Shown here in pieces: positions 11,557-23,829 of a stretch of 64,000 bases of DNA; positions within the stretch are counted from its first letter, which is position 1, and every line of letters starts with the position of its first letter. A program made the position numbers and the translations under genes. The notes under the pieces are model-generated. The model was not told where the DNA came from. It did not search any database and saw only the letters and a list, made by a program, of their open reading frames with translations. Location of the stretch: NCBI GenBank assembly GCA_020137815.1, contig CM035354.1, forward strand, positions 1,798,001-1,862,000, given 5' to 3'. This DNA comes from Hormiphora californensis (taxonomy: Eukaryota > Animalia > Ctenophora).

Positions 11557-13029
11557 ACCTCCCCATCATAACCCCTCTTTTGCTAGATCTAATAACTCTT
11601 CTAACAACGCTTCATCCCTCAGGACAGATGAAAAGGAAGACCCCGCTGTGGCTGCGGACAGAAAGCGTCTATCCGCCCTATTTGACACGCTAGACCGATC
11701 CGGCGATGACAAAATATCCCTACCCGAACTTGAGGCATACCTCCGGAAAACGGGCCAGGATTTCAGTCGAACGGAAATCAAGCGTATCATGGCGACGGGT
11801 GATGCTGGCACGAAGGACGGTTCTCTTGATCGGGTTGAGTTCATTAAATTCATGATGGAACATGAACGGGACCTGTATGTTCATTTTACAAAACTCGATA
11901 GGGACGGTAACGGAACGGTGACTTTCGGGGATCTAAAGCAGTACTGTCGATACAACAATCTGGCCATACCCGAGGATGATTTAGTAGAACTGATAAGACG
12001 GGTTGATAAAGATGATAATCTGCAACTCAGTTGGGCTGAATTCCGGGAATTCAATCAATTTCGACTCAACTACGACCTCACCCAAGCACAGTATTACGGG
12101 GACTCCTACGCGGATAACATCGTCCAACCGCCCACAGCCGCCAATTCCACATCATCCCCCGCTAAAAAGTTGATCTGCGGAGGCCTTGCTGGAGTACTCT
12201 CCCGGACCAGCACCGCGCCACTGGATCGGTTGAAAGTGCTGCTCCAGGTCCAGGGACAGCAGAAAGTGGTGGCTGGTGCCGGGGACCTTTCCATGGTCCA
12301 AATGTTCAAGGCTATGGGGCAGGAGGGTATTCTCAGTATGTGGCGAGGAAACGGTGTCAGTTGTATCAAGATTTTCCCTGAAAACGCCCTGAGATTCCTC
12401 CTATTCGAGACGCTATGTAACTCTGATCTTGGACGGGTTAGTCAGTATGATTTGGTTAACAAGCTGCTGAGTGGAGGTCTGACTGGAATGGCCATTCAGT
12501 CCATCATGTACCCCGTGGAGCTGACCAAGACACGGCTAATGACCTCCCAGGGAAAGGTTGGAATTCTGGAAACGGTTCGGGTCATTGCCGGGGAACCCGG
12601 TGGGGTGGTTAACTTTTATAAGGGTATAACCCCCGCTCTGACAGGGGTCCTACCCTTCGCTGGCCTCCAACTTGGTCTCAGCAAATCAGGGACTGAGCTG
12701 TATAAGGATTGGAACAAAGTTGCAAACCCGGGTTTCTGGCCTCTCTTCTCTATCTCATCTACAGCTACCTTTGTGGCAATGGGTTTTACATACCCGCTGA
12801 GATTGGTGACTTGCAATCTCCAGGCGTACCGGGGCGACCCTGCTCACAGGCCCACACCTAGATCTCTATTCACTGGGAATATTTAAAAAGGATGGACTCA
12901 GGGGATTCTATCGGGGCTTCGGGGCTAATGCACTCGAAGGCCGTGCCCGCGTCATCCTTTGGCTGGGCTGCCTTTGTTAAGATACAAAAGTTGTACGAGA
13001 CGTATCCTAGAAGTAGGTCAAATATATGA
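11557..13029 (+). CDS. Ca2+-binding mitochondrial ATP-Mg/Pi carrier (SCaMC, SLC25A23/24/25 family); start exon not located; 1-bp frameshifts near 12876 and 12936
   Basis: Four EF-hands (DRSGDDKISLPE, DRDGNGTVTFGD...) plus carrier repeats (SRTSTAPLDRLK, YPVELTKTRL); the C-terminus continues in shifted frames as IFKKDGLRGFYRGFGAN, then KAVPA. Confidence 0.85.
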
Positions 13030-13818
13030 ACTTGTGCTACAAATATGAACGGTTTGATACTGAGACTTGATGTAGTTTGGGGTGGTGTTAGTATTTTTAG
13101 TTTGTATTATAGTGAAAAGTATTATTTTTGAGGTTTTTGAACGGTGTGTAAACAGTTACTTTGTGCTGTATGAACAATACAACAGTTACTGAGAGGTTTT
13201 ATCTATTTTCCATTCTCCCTTCAACCCTTTCCTTTCCATCTTATTTAACGTTGTATCTGCTAGACCTGTAATATTTAACTTTTATATATTTCTCACTTAC
13301 ATTGATTTTGCATCCTCATACAACTTTGATTAATTAATTCTGATTTTGCATCACCATAAAATCATTAATTCATTCTGATTCTAATATTAACATTATTATA
13401 ACGCTCTGCTGGGATCTTTTTTACAACAATTATATGGTATTATTTAGCAGGATATTGTAAATACAAAATCTATCGAGTGGTAGCGTGTAGAGTGTAATAT
13501 ACATGTAGCAGTTAGTGTACATACTACATCTAGTTAATTGTGTTGAGGTGATTTCAATACACTCTAAACTTTCTGTGTTTTCTGTTGTCTTTGGTCTTAT
13601 ACTTTTCTCTCGCTCTTTCTCTATAATTCTCTCTCTATAACTATCTTTATAATTCTCCCTCTTTCTCTATCATTCTCTCTTTCCTTTCTGTTTATCCTAT
13701 TTTTCCTTCTTTATCATTGTATTTTCACTGTCATTCTACAACACAATCTTATTCTGATTCTCCCCAACACTTGTATCCCACTAAATTATCCTACCTTTCT
13801 ATGTAGTAGTAGGCACAG

Positions 13819-15834
13819 ATGACAGAGGCCGGCAGTATTGAAAGAGTAAAGCGCATAAAATCTCATATTGATCCTTGGCAGGTGAGTTATCTTGAACAAT
13901 TTGTATAATTTCCTCCCATACCTAACTATTCATTAGGCTTTAGTCTTTAGTCATTAATACAAAATTACTATCCGACTGCTTATTTGACTGTCAAACTGCG
14001 ATAATTATCATCATTTACTATTTAGGCTCAGTCTGACTTTATCTCATGGTATTATACATATGTTATAATTCGCTGTAACTCACGCAGACTCTCTATTTCT
14101 CAGGATCCTGGAATTATGGATGGAAACTTTTCCCGGATTTTCAATTCTGACACGAGTGATAATGAGGATTTTGATATTCCCTCCATATCGGGACTCCTGG
14201 AAACACCTGAACGACGCCAATCGCCCCGTCGTGTAGGGGACCCTTTAGCACTCTCCCTGCCAACCCTCAACACACCTCAACACGAGTTTGGGAGGTCTCC
14301 CTCCTCCGATTTTGATAGGTTTACCTCCAGTTTGGATGGTTTCGCATCCAACATTTCCGGTCTTAGCTCCCCCACCCTGGGTGATGCCCTGGATGACATT
14401 GACCTGAAGGAACTGACTAAGGACCTCCACGGTTCCCCTGGTCCCGCGCCAAAAACTCCGCTAAATCTCGAGAACCTATTGGATATACAGTGTGACACAG
14501 AGGACACTATTGTCCGGGGACTCAGCGACGTTGTCCGAGGACCCCTGACACCGCCACCCAGTATCAAAACTAGCAAGAGCAGTAACTCTCCCTACAAGAC
14601 GCTGTCGAGTGAGAGTGTTGATAAAATAGTTAACAGGTTGGATGACCTTATTTCGACTAATGAGACGAAGGTTCAACTTTCAGCCGCTAAAATACCATCC
14701 CCGCCTGCAATCAACGCTACAATGAGAAAGCGCCCCGCCCCAAAGAAACCTCCTGTTCTCCCGCCTAAAGGAGCCAGGATCGCTCCCAAACGACAGCCCA
14801 ACACACCGGAGGGAACGAAACTAGGCGTTCAGAAAACTCTAAATACTCTGGGGGATTTAGCGTCTTCTCTTGGCATAACGGAGCCTCCACCGACCAAACC
14901 AATGAGGTGTGCTGATCCTGCACAGATCCTTATTACAGGTCCACCTAAACCACCTGCACGTGCGGCATCCCGTCAACCCACTATAGTGGTGGGGCGGGTT
15001 AATGGTAAAGTTGGAGCAGGGACCAGGGTGGTACCAGGAACTAGACATGTCATACCTACATCACCAGGAACTAGACATGCAATACCTACATCACCAGGAA
15101 CTAGACATGCCATACCTTCATTACAAGGAACTAGACATGCAATACCATCATCTGGTGGTAAGGCTATCGTTCCAACTAAAGCCCCTCTTGACACTAATAA
15201 AAACATGGTGGTCCCCTACAATCCTCCCCCAAAGAAGACAGAAAATAAAAAGTTTGTCTTGTTACCCCTGGAAAAGTTACAAAATGCCAGCCCCGCTTTG
15301 ATTGCCCAACTCGGTCTGGACGCCTCTCTGATCCCAGGGGCGAGCACCAAACGGGCAGCTCCAGATCCAGTAGAGGGCATCCCTGAGAAACGAACCAAAC
15401 CGACAGTGGAGGAGCCAGCCGGAATCTCTGGAGGCGGGGGAGGAATTGAGAAGGGAAAGTTCCCGATTAATGTGACTCTCCCCAAGGGAACGAAGGAGAA
15501 ATTCCGGGATTTTCAGGGAATCCCGGAACTGCTGGAGAAAGCTAAAGCCGCCCGTAAGGTTCACCTCACCAAGAGGTCCAACTTTTCAGAAATGGAAAAC
15601 TTTATCAACGACTTCATCCAGCAGAACAATGATCAGGTCATGGAGATCTTGTTCCTGCAGCAGAACAACAAAATAATGAACAAGAATTACAATCAACTGG
15701 CAAAGATGCATCATATCAAAAGTGAGGAACAAAAGAAATTGAAGGCTGAGGTGGACAAGTTAACGGTGGCAAATAAGAGGATCGAAAAGGAGATGAAGAT
15801 GATAAAGGACATGGTGAAGAAATATATGAAGTGA
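13819..15834 (+). CDS. Uncharacterised ~597-aa protein: acidic/Ser N-terminus, Pro-rich middle, C-terminal coiled coil (exons 13819-13881, 14104-15834)
   Basis: Long ORF plus an in-frame upstream exon (CAG|GTGAGT ... tttctCAG|); four 10-aa repeats GTRHAIPTSP at ~15034-15150. Confidence 0.75.
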
Positions 15835-16885
15835 AGTATTTTTAGGAAATTTAGAAGAACTAGAATTATGTTGAGAGATCAACACAGGTTGATTGAGATG
15901 GCCCAAGAGCTGTGAGAGCAAGTAAGGGATTCGGGATTTTGAGAGGAACTGTTAGAAAGATCCTGGGCTTTGTTTTTTGTTTGTTTCCTTCGTGTATTGG
16001 TTTGTGAGACACTATAAAAGATGGGGAGGGAATGAAAACGAGTGAGAGTAAGAGAGACCTCAGACCAAGACTATTCTGCCTATCATAGGGGTATTCTTAG
16101 TTTATGTGATGTGTGTAGTATAATACTCTCAATAGTTGTTGAGAGAATATATGATCAAATGTCAAATACCAAGATTATGAAAAAGATATGCATTGCCAAG
16201 AAAAAGAGGCTCTGCCCTTGAGATTTGCCATTTGTTTCATATATATCGATAGATCGACTAGTACTTTATCCTTGACCCCAGTTTTAGTAAAAGGAATGCT
16301 CTTAAATATATTGGTACCGTGTTTTTAACGAACCCGCTAACTATAAATTATTGTAAAGCGCTCTTATCTGTATGTGTTAGTTGGACGCTTATCTGTTTGA
16401 TAAACTAGAGATGTCATGAGTATGTTAAATGTGTAAGTCAGATGTCTGACTCAGTAGTTTTTTATCTCCCCCTTCACTATCTCAGATATATCTCCCCTGT
16501 TAATGTGATTAATTTATTTAAACCCTTTCTTAAAAAGTTCTTTTGTACACATGATCACCCTATTTGTTCAAGAAAATGAACCCCCGTGTTTAAGAATCGT
16601 TGTACCCCTAATATAATTTCAACACAAATTATTGGACACTCAGCTCCGGAGTGCGTGTCTGTGAGATACACTCCGCACACTGGACTAGCACGAATAGAGC
16701 TGAAACTGTATGGAAAGTGCAGCAAATTCATGGTCAGCACTTATTTTCACGCGCGCACTATTGCACGTCCTTTCGATAGGCGTCATTGGAGCTGAATAAA
16801 CAAAAACATAGACTGCATAATTATAATTCTGATGTAAAGAAATAGATAATTAAATATATAATAGCACACCGGATAATTACATCCA

Positions 16886-19306
16886 CTATGAAGATACAGC
16901 ACCGACCAAGACCAAACCGGCTTGGTTACACGATACCATCTTAATAGAGCCCTTGACAGTCACTGTTTTGATGGGTTTACTGTGTAATTTGCTGTGTAAC
17001 CGGGTATCCCACAGGGCCACTGACCCCTGAGCATCACCCGTCACCAGGACGTTCTCATTTAAAAACTCTAAACACTCAACAATATTAGTGTGTTGTTTAT
17101 GGCGATGAATTGTTATTGTTATTGTTGTTACCATGGTAACCATTGCTAACAGGTGCTGCCTTCTCCACCTGTGTATGTCCGAAGATTCTTAGTAGTACCA
17201 ATGTCAAACAAGGAAATGTCCCCGGAATTAGGGCCGCAGCGAACAGCTTGCCGTTAGGTGAAACAGCAATCCTTGAAACGAGACCAGTGGGTACAACCCT
17301 CACACAATTCCCACTGCTCACATCCCACACCCGACAGCTAAGGTCCTCACTTGCGCTGACTAAATAGCATCCGTTTGGATGGAAGGCTGAATGGGTAACA
17401 GGGCCCTCGTGTCCTACTAGAACCCGGAGAGAGGAACGTAGGTCAGTTCTCCAGAATCGTACAGTTGTGTCGTGTGAAGTGGAGGCGAAGTAGGAGGTTC
17501 ACGGGGGAGAAGGAGAACGTGATAGACGGGCCATTTTCCGTGACCGTGGTATTTCTGGGCGATACCTAAGGGGAGGGGGTGTGTTAGTGTTTGTAAGGTA
17601 CTTTGCTGTGGCTGTTGTTTGTTAGTTGATGCTATGGCACTGTCAGAAAAATGCTCTGACCGCTGTTCTTGAAAGAAATGAGAATAGGTTCAGGCCAATG
17701 CTCTGACGGGCTATGCAAGACTTGTTGTACACACACTCATACACTTTGTGTAAAGTGCATGCTCTAATACACTTGTTTCCTCACTATACACTTGATCAGA
17801 AACAACATGGAGTGCTAGCCAAGTAAATCTCTCTGCCCCCCCCCCTCTGTATCTCTCCCCCCCTCTCTCTGCCCCCCCCCCTCTGGCCTCTCTCTCTCTC
17901 TCTCTCTCTCTAGTCTCCCTCTTTATCTCTCCCTCTTTGTATCTACCTCTCTCTCCAAACACTCACTATTTGTTAAAAGATTCCACAGTATAACAGATGA
18001 GTCTCGGGAACAGGACAGAGCGAACTTTCCATCCTTGTGTACTGTCACGCAGTAAACTGGACCTGTAACAAAGTGGTCATGGGACGATTATTAGACTGGA
18101 TTTTATTCTGGTTGAAATTGAAGGAGGGGACAGTCAGACAAGGAAAGAGGGACGGATAAACAATTATACCGTCTCTTCTAATTCTGTCCCCCTTTACAGA
18201 TTCCCAGTTCGCTTCCCCTGCCCTAGTGACTTTAACCCCAAATTGATCGTACCTGAGTGGCCCCGTAGCTCCGTATAAGGCAGCTCACTCGTCCCACCAT
18301 CCACACACTGCTCTGGTACAAACGGTATCTCCGGCTTGGGAATCCTGTTTTCCGTAACACTTTCCTGACCACCCACTCTCCAGCGGTAAATAACTGAATT
18401 CCGTCCAGCAACAAGGAGAGTCCCGTTGTCAGGGGAGACTGCCATAGCAACCACATTGTCTCTATTCGTCACTTTCAAAGTCTTCACAAAACTAACCATG
18501 TTCCCGCCTAAACCCATATCTAGGGCACAACATGCCTTTTGAAGGGCTGTCCGGGGTTTGCTATCCACCCCCGTTTTGGGTACCTGTTCCGATTTGATAT
18601 CAAAAACAAAGTTCTGATTGATAACCGACAAAACAGATAACCAGTTCTGTTTGGATATTAGATCAATAATGTGATCGTAAGTTGACCGAGAGAGGGAAAT
18701 GACATGTTTCGTGTTGCAATACTCCGGTTTGTCAACCTCATTCGCGTGTGGAAGGATCTTATAATCAACCAGTTTGGCCAGGAAGTCAATGTAGACCTCC
18801 TTGCATTGTCGCTGACGCAGTTCGTGATATAGAAAGACGCACAGAGGGGGAAGGAAGGATGTCAGTTCTATACGATGTAAGTCAGGAAGATTTTCCGTGT
18901 ATTTTCGGAGAGTCAGCACATATTTCAGATAGTCCACTTGTCCGGATTCCAAGTAAGCGATCGGTGTGCTGAGTGCCCCCTGAAAGAGACGGATTCAGTT
19001 TCTCGGTATCAACACTGTTTACACAACTGAGTGGGGACGGTTGGGTATTTGGAACGCGCATCCGAGTAACTCTGGCGCGACACGCGCACAAATACACACA
19101 CAATAAGGCGTATGTCGGCGCGCCCTACTGTAACGAACCTGTTTGGCAGCTGAGTTTTTCAGGGTCTGCAAATCGACAACAAGTCGTGGAGTCGATGATT
19201 GAAGGGCAGCAACGGTGTTGCAGATAACGTCGTAGGAGGTGTTATTATTTTGATGGTTGTTAAGGTGGTCACCACCCTCGTCCAGTACCTCCTGCTTCAT
19301 CACCAT
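16886..19306 (-). CDS. TAF5/TAF5L-like protein (NTD2 domain plus WD40), multi-exon; some boundaries approximate
   Basis: [35 protein letters not shown] (NTD2-like); ELRGHSG|PVYCV; [36 protein letters not shown]. Confidence 0.75.
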
Positions 19307-19317
19307 ACATGCTAAAT

Positions 19318-19456
<139 letters not shown>

Positions 19457-19725
19457 AAAAGGGTGGGGTGGGGCTGTTTGAATTTCGTTAAAGAACAGGG
19501 CTGTGAACCGGAATACAACAAAGGGGTTGACGATTTAATATGACGCGTTAATTATGTACACCGTATATCGATTTGATAAAAAAGGAAATCTTGATAAGAG
19601 GAAAAATGAGTAATAAATGACTCGCACACGAAAAATATATCTCACTTACAACAGACAAACTGACAAAGAGATAAAACACACACACAAAACAATCAATTTC
19701 ACTTTCAATTTCACTTTAAAACTGT

Positions 19726-21564
19726 CTACAAAAAGATGGAATCAAAATTTCTAAAAGTCACATTAGTCAGATTGTCCGCTAGTTTTGTACCCCGCATTGC
19801 GTGAGATGTCAGGAATACACTAGCACCGGGTGTCTCTCTCATCACCGTATTACCCCGGACACCCTGTACAACCACCATCTCTAACCCTTCCTCCGTGTCC
19901 GCTAACCACTTACAAAACTTTATCTGCTCGTGACTCGAACTAGACGTCCGCCCTGCACTGCTAGTTTGAAGTGACCGTGTCACTTTGTTAAACGCATAAC
20001 TATTAACATTCTCCGTTGTGTTTGTAACTCGTGCAGTACCTGAATCAAGATTAAAGTACCCGTTGACATCCCCCAACAATATCAGACAAGTCTTCCATAG
20101 ATCGTTGATACGGCCTGCTAAATTCTCGCCAAATAACACAACGGTAGTGTTGACACGGGTTAGTAATAACATCTCACATGTCACCAGATCCATGACAGTC
20201 TCAGTTGGCAGATACTCATGACTCTCGTGATATTGGTCCTCAGATGATGCATCACTCGGTTTTGATCCTGCTCCCGCTTCCTCGGATAAATCAATCGATT
20301 TGAGGAGGAAGTTGAGGGAGTTACCGGGCAGCTCACTCCCACTTAAAACTGAGTTGAGAGATGTTTCCAGTGATCCCGGTGAGTTTTGTCTACTAGTGAT
20401 CGAGGCGGGAGCAGCAACTGCTGTATACGCCGTGTACATTGACTCTGCACCAATGGCACTTTGTGACCGTCGGAGATGATCGTGTTTTTTCTGCTGTTGA
20501 GCCCGACAATCAAACAACTCTGCTGTTACACTGTACCGACTCTGTTCTTGAGAGAGAGAAGTGAGTAGTTTCCTGCTCAAATTCATCGCCAGACCGTCTT
20601 CTGGGACACTTCCAACTTCTGATTTCAGGACCTCATAATCATTTGTAATTAAGGGCTCAGGGGTTGCCAGAGAACCACGAACTTCACCCCCTTCCCCTCC
20701 ACTAATTTCCTCCTCTATCCCCTCCAAAACTGCATCTAACCTCGCCTCATCTCTAGTAACATGACTATCACTACTAGGTTGTTCAGGGTACATGCCAGGT
20801 GACAGGTGTACCTCAACTACAACGGCCTCGTGAACACCCCTCAACCTCTCCACCGGAACATTCTTCTCTGTCAACTCTCGAACCACCGCCAGCAAGGAGT
20901 TAGGAAGATCTGTACAGACAATTTTACCATCGTACAAGACTGCCCCACCCATAACGCCTAGTTCGGAGAATGTTGTCTGGCATTTGAGGGTGCACTCAGG
21001 GGTCACACAACTCTTGATTGGAAGGTAGCCAAGATTGTTCCGGAATGTGACGTCACGATCTGGGATCACGTGTTCAATTGCAAACTTTACCACTCGTCTC
21101 AGACTCAACTCTCTCTCCTCTGGCGATGGTAGTCTGGTGTTCAGCTGGGAAAAGGGACCCGTGAAGAAGAGAACAGACTCAACCAGGAGCTTCATCTGTC
21201 CCACCAGCCCTGGCTCTGTCATATCAGGAGGACCAGATAAAATAAAGAAGTATCCCCCCTCTCCGCCGACCCCTGGAATCTTCTGGACAGCTAACCTGTA
21301 ACCGCGGGTCTTCATCACCTGGACAAATGTCTGTCCTGGTTTCAGCACAGAAAAGTGTTCGTGTAGGGTGTACGCAACTCCCACGATCTCCTGGCAAGTC
21401 TCCAGAGGCAAGGTATTGGGCCGGTAAAGAAAACATTCCCTTGCCATAAACCGCTCATCGTACTTTTCGAGTTGAGCCAAATCCAGAACTATGCATAACT
21501 TTTGTAGCGGTTCACCCTGTTTTTGGTGTCGTTGTTGTTGTTTCGGTTCTGGTCGTCGCATCAT
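19726..21564 (-). CDS. HPS4-like (Intu/CCZ1/HPS4 longin family), intronless
   Basis: N-terminal longin-like region (FLYRP..VG..FS; LFFTGPF) and GGAVLYDGKIVCTDLP, resembling the second longin domain of HPS4. Confidence 0.6.
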   Translation of the reverse strand: MMRRPEPKQQQRHQKQGEPLQKLCIVLDLAQLEKYDERFMARECFLYRPNTLPLETCQEIVGVAYTLHEHFSVLKPGQTFVQVMKTRGYRLAVQKIPGVGGEGGYFFILSGPPDMTEPGLVGQMKLLVESVLFFTGPFSQLNTRLPSPEERELSLRRVVKFAIEHVIPDRDVTFRNNLGYLPIKSCVTPECTLKCQTTFSELGVMGGAVLYDGKIVCTDLPNSLLAVVRELTEKNVPVERLRGVHEAVVVEVHLSPGMYPEQPSSDSHVTRDEARLDAVLEGIEEEISGGEGGEVRGSLATPEPLITNDYEVLKSEVGSVPEDGLAMNLSRKLLTSLSQEQSRYSVTAELFDCRAQQQKKHDHLRRSQSAIGAESMYTAYTAVAAPASITSRQNSPGSLETSLNSVLSGSELPGNSLNFLLKSIDLSEEAGAGSKPSDASSEDQYHESHEYLPTETVMDLVTCEMLLLTRVNTTVVLFGENLAGRINDLWKTCLILLGDVNGYFNLDSGTARVTNTTENVNSYAFNKVTRSLQTSSAGRTSSSSHEQIKFCKWLADTEEGLEMVVVQGVRGNTVMRETPGASVFLTSHAMRGTKLADNLTNVTFRNFDSIFL

Positions 21565-22046
21565 TATATAATATATCACGTTCCCGGTGTCATACTAGAC
21601 AGAGATAGGATGTTTATTATACAGGGGGAAAGATAGATTGAGCGAGTGAGAGATATGCAGAGAGGGGAAGATCAAATCAAATCAAAGAAGAACAAAGAGG
21701 ATTTGATAAAAGAACATTAATTTTCAACAATAAAGTCACTTGATAAATGATATATTAATGGTCGTGCATCATGTTCGTTTGGGATGTGTGGTATTATTAT
21801 TATGTGAGGTATTATTTACACAATGATATTGCTTTACATTTCATGTAAAACTTCCCGATAAAGTATCATTTAGAGTTTGTCATTTCCCAGTATTAAATTG
21901 GTGACATAACATGGGCCCAAATATGTATGAGGGTGTAGTTACAAGTATGACAATCTAACAGCCCTCTAACTCTGGTTTTCAATCTAAAAACACATTATAA
22001 TAATTTTAAATAGTTACCCAATTTACTACTAATATTCTTCCCTTTA

Positions 22047-23393
22047 TCACCTCTCTAAATCTAGGTCAATAAAGGGAAAGTTTTCATCTGTCAGTTTAGT
22101 ATAGCCCAACAACTCAAAGTCCCACTTATAAAACTCATAAAACTTTTCCATCTGCTCGGGCGAGACATGTTCAAAATACCAATTAGCGTCATCAAGAGAC
22201 GAATTCTTGTCTTTTCCCATTTGGGTCCTGGAACCGGGGAACTCGTAACCCTCCGTTCCGGTTGCTTTCTGCATCTCTTCAATCGCTTGGGAGGTCGCCT
22301 CAGTCTGCCCTAACATATCATACGGAAAGGAACAGATCTGCATTTTCTTCCACTGTGGGTTGAAATGTGGGTCCTTAACCTCGCCCCGTGTCAGCTCTCC
22401 CACAAAAGTTACAAACTTCGTTATCTCATTCGCATCTTCACCTCCCAGCTCCTCCTTGATGTGCTTACTAAATCCACTGTTCTCTTTCCTCAGAACTTTG
22501 TTCCTGAACCCGCTGATAAACCTGGTCACTGGGTTACGGACAAACCCGACCGTGTACAACTTATCCCTGATCATGTCACCAATTGTCATGCCGGGATAGT
22601 TCTGCGTATGAAAAGGCTCCAGCTTGGCATATTTCCGGTGGGCGTGTACCCCGTGCATGTCGTCATAATCACGATTATCTCCACCAAGCCTTAGGATAAA
22701 CTTTTTGAAGGAGGTAGATCCTGATTTGGGGTTACTCGAGTAGAGAATGTTGTATTTAGGTACTGGGATAAGTAGCCGTGGGGTCTCGTCCTTCTTCATC
22801 TTATCCGGGGAAGCCCATTTTGTCGCAAAGTTATTTTCAGTGCACTTGCTATGAATACGATCCAGTAATTTGTCCGTCGGAACGTAGTGATTTACAAAAC
22901 TTTCTGCACTTGGCACACCTGTTACTGATTTTATCGCTGGCCCCGTCGATTTCCAGCTGATTGTCGTTATTTGTTTTGGGGATGTTGTCATCACAGGGAG
23001 ATGTTCTGTCTTCAATTCTTCAGACTGCTTATCTTCCTCTTCTTTCTTGTTTTCATCCTTGTTTTTATCTTCCTCACTCTCTCCATCGACATCTTCATGA
23101 GTTACTGTTTCTCCCTTCTGTTCATCTCCCTGTTTCTCACCAGTTTCATCATCCACTGGTGCTGGCGATGCTTTGCCCCTCTCCCTATCATACGTATCAA
23201 CCGGGGTGGGGGTAACCTCATCTCCTGGAAGAGCATCCTTCTTGTCAAGGATCGTTGGAGGGAAATAGCTGGGGGTTGTGGAAGCAAAGAAGTCTGAGTT
23301 TATGAAAATGTAGGAGATAGAAACGAAGAAGATGACCAAGAAAACGAGTCGTTTTGTGCCCCGGAGATGTTTTAAAACTGATACCATCATCAT
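22047..23393 (-). CDS. Golgi carbohydrate sulfotransferase (Sulfotransfer_2, CHST8-14 type)
   Basis: Type II TM anchor; 5'PSB NPKSGSTSFK; 3'PB FVRNPVTRFISGFRNK; YKWDFELLGY. Confidence 0.9.
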   Translation of the reverse strand: MMMVSVLKHLRGTKRLVFLVIFFVSISYIFINSDFFASTTPSYFPPTILDKKDALPGDEVTPTPVDTYDRERGKASPAPVDDETGEKQGDEQKGETVTHEDVDGESEEDKNKDENKKEEEDKQSEELKTEHLPVMTTSPKQITTISWKSTGPAIKSVTGVPSAESFVNHYVPTDKLLDRIHSKCTENNFATKWASPDKMKKDETPRLLIPVPKYNILYSSNPKSGSTSFKKFILRLGGDNRDYDDMHGVHAHRKYAKLEPFHTQNYPGMTIGDMIRDKLYTVGFVRNPVTRFISGFRNKVLRKENSGFSKHIKEELGGEDANEITKFVTFVGELTRGEVKDPHFNPQWKKMQICSFPYDMLGQTEATSQAIEEMQKATGTEGYEFPGSRTQMGKDKNSSLDDANWYFEHVSPEQMEKFYEFYKWDFELLGYTKLTDENFPFIDLDLER

Positions 23394-23489
23394 GTTGCAG
23401 GTTGCTGAAGAGTTGTGAGAAGGAGAAGTGAGGTTGGAGGTAGCTGTTATGGAAACAATGGTGACATGACTAGATGATAGGGAATACGA

Positions 23490-23560
23490 AGGGGTTAGTA
23501 AAGCGGTTAGTGACAGGGGTTAGTGACGGGGTTAGTAAAGGGGTTAGTGACGGGGTTAGT
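23490..23560. repeat. Telomere-like GGGGTTAG(TGAC/TAAA) minisatellite
   Basis: About six 12-13 bp units containing GGTTAG. Confidence 0.7.
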
Positions 23561-23829
23561 AGAAGGATAAATAGGGGGTTTAGATGTTAGTAACGGCCAA
23601 CGGGGCTTGTACGGAGTTAGTATTGGGAAACGGTTAGTAACGACCGTATACACGGTATTTGTTCAATGGGTAAGGTCCGGGGATATCAAGAATTGAAGTT
23701 TGAACAGTCAGACAATCATAGGTTAAAAATTGATTGATAAATTGATCGATAAAAATATTCAGAAAACAATTAAAAACAACATAGGGATAATAAAAATGTC
23801 ATAGTGATAGATCAGAGCGTCCTCTAAGT

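Noticed and set aside
23490-23560. Functional link between the telomere-like repeats and the adjacent CTC1-like gene
   Set aside because: The units are 12-13 bp variants rather than TTAGGG arrays, and similar motifs occur in an ARPC2 intron; probably coincidental.
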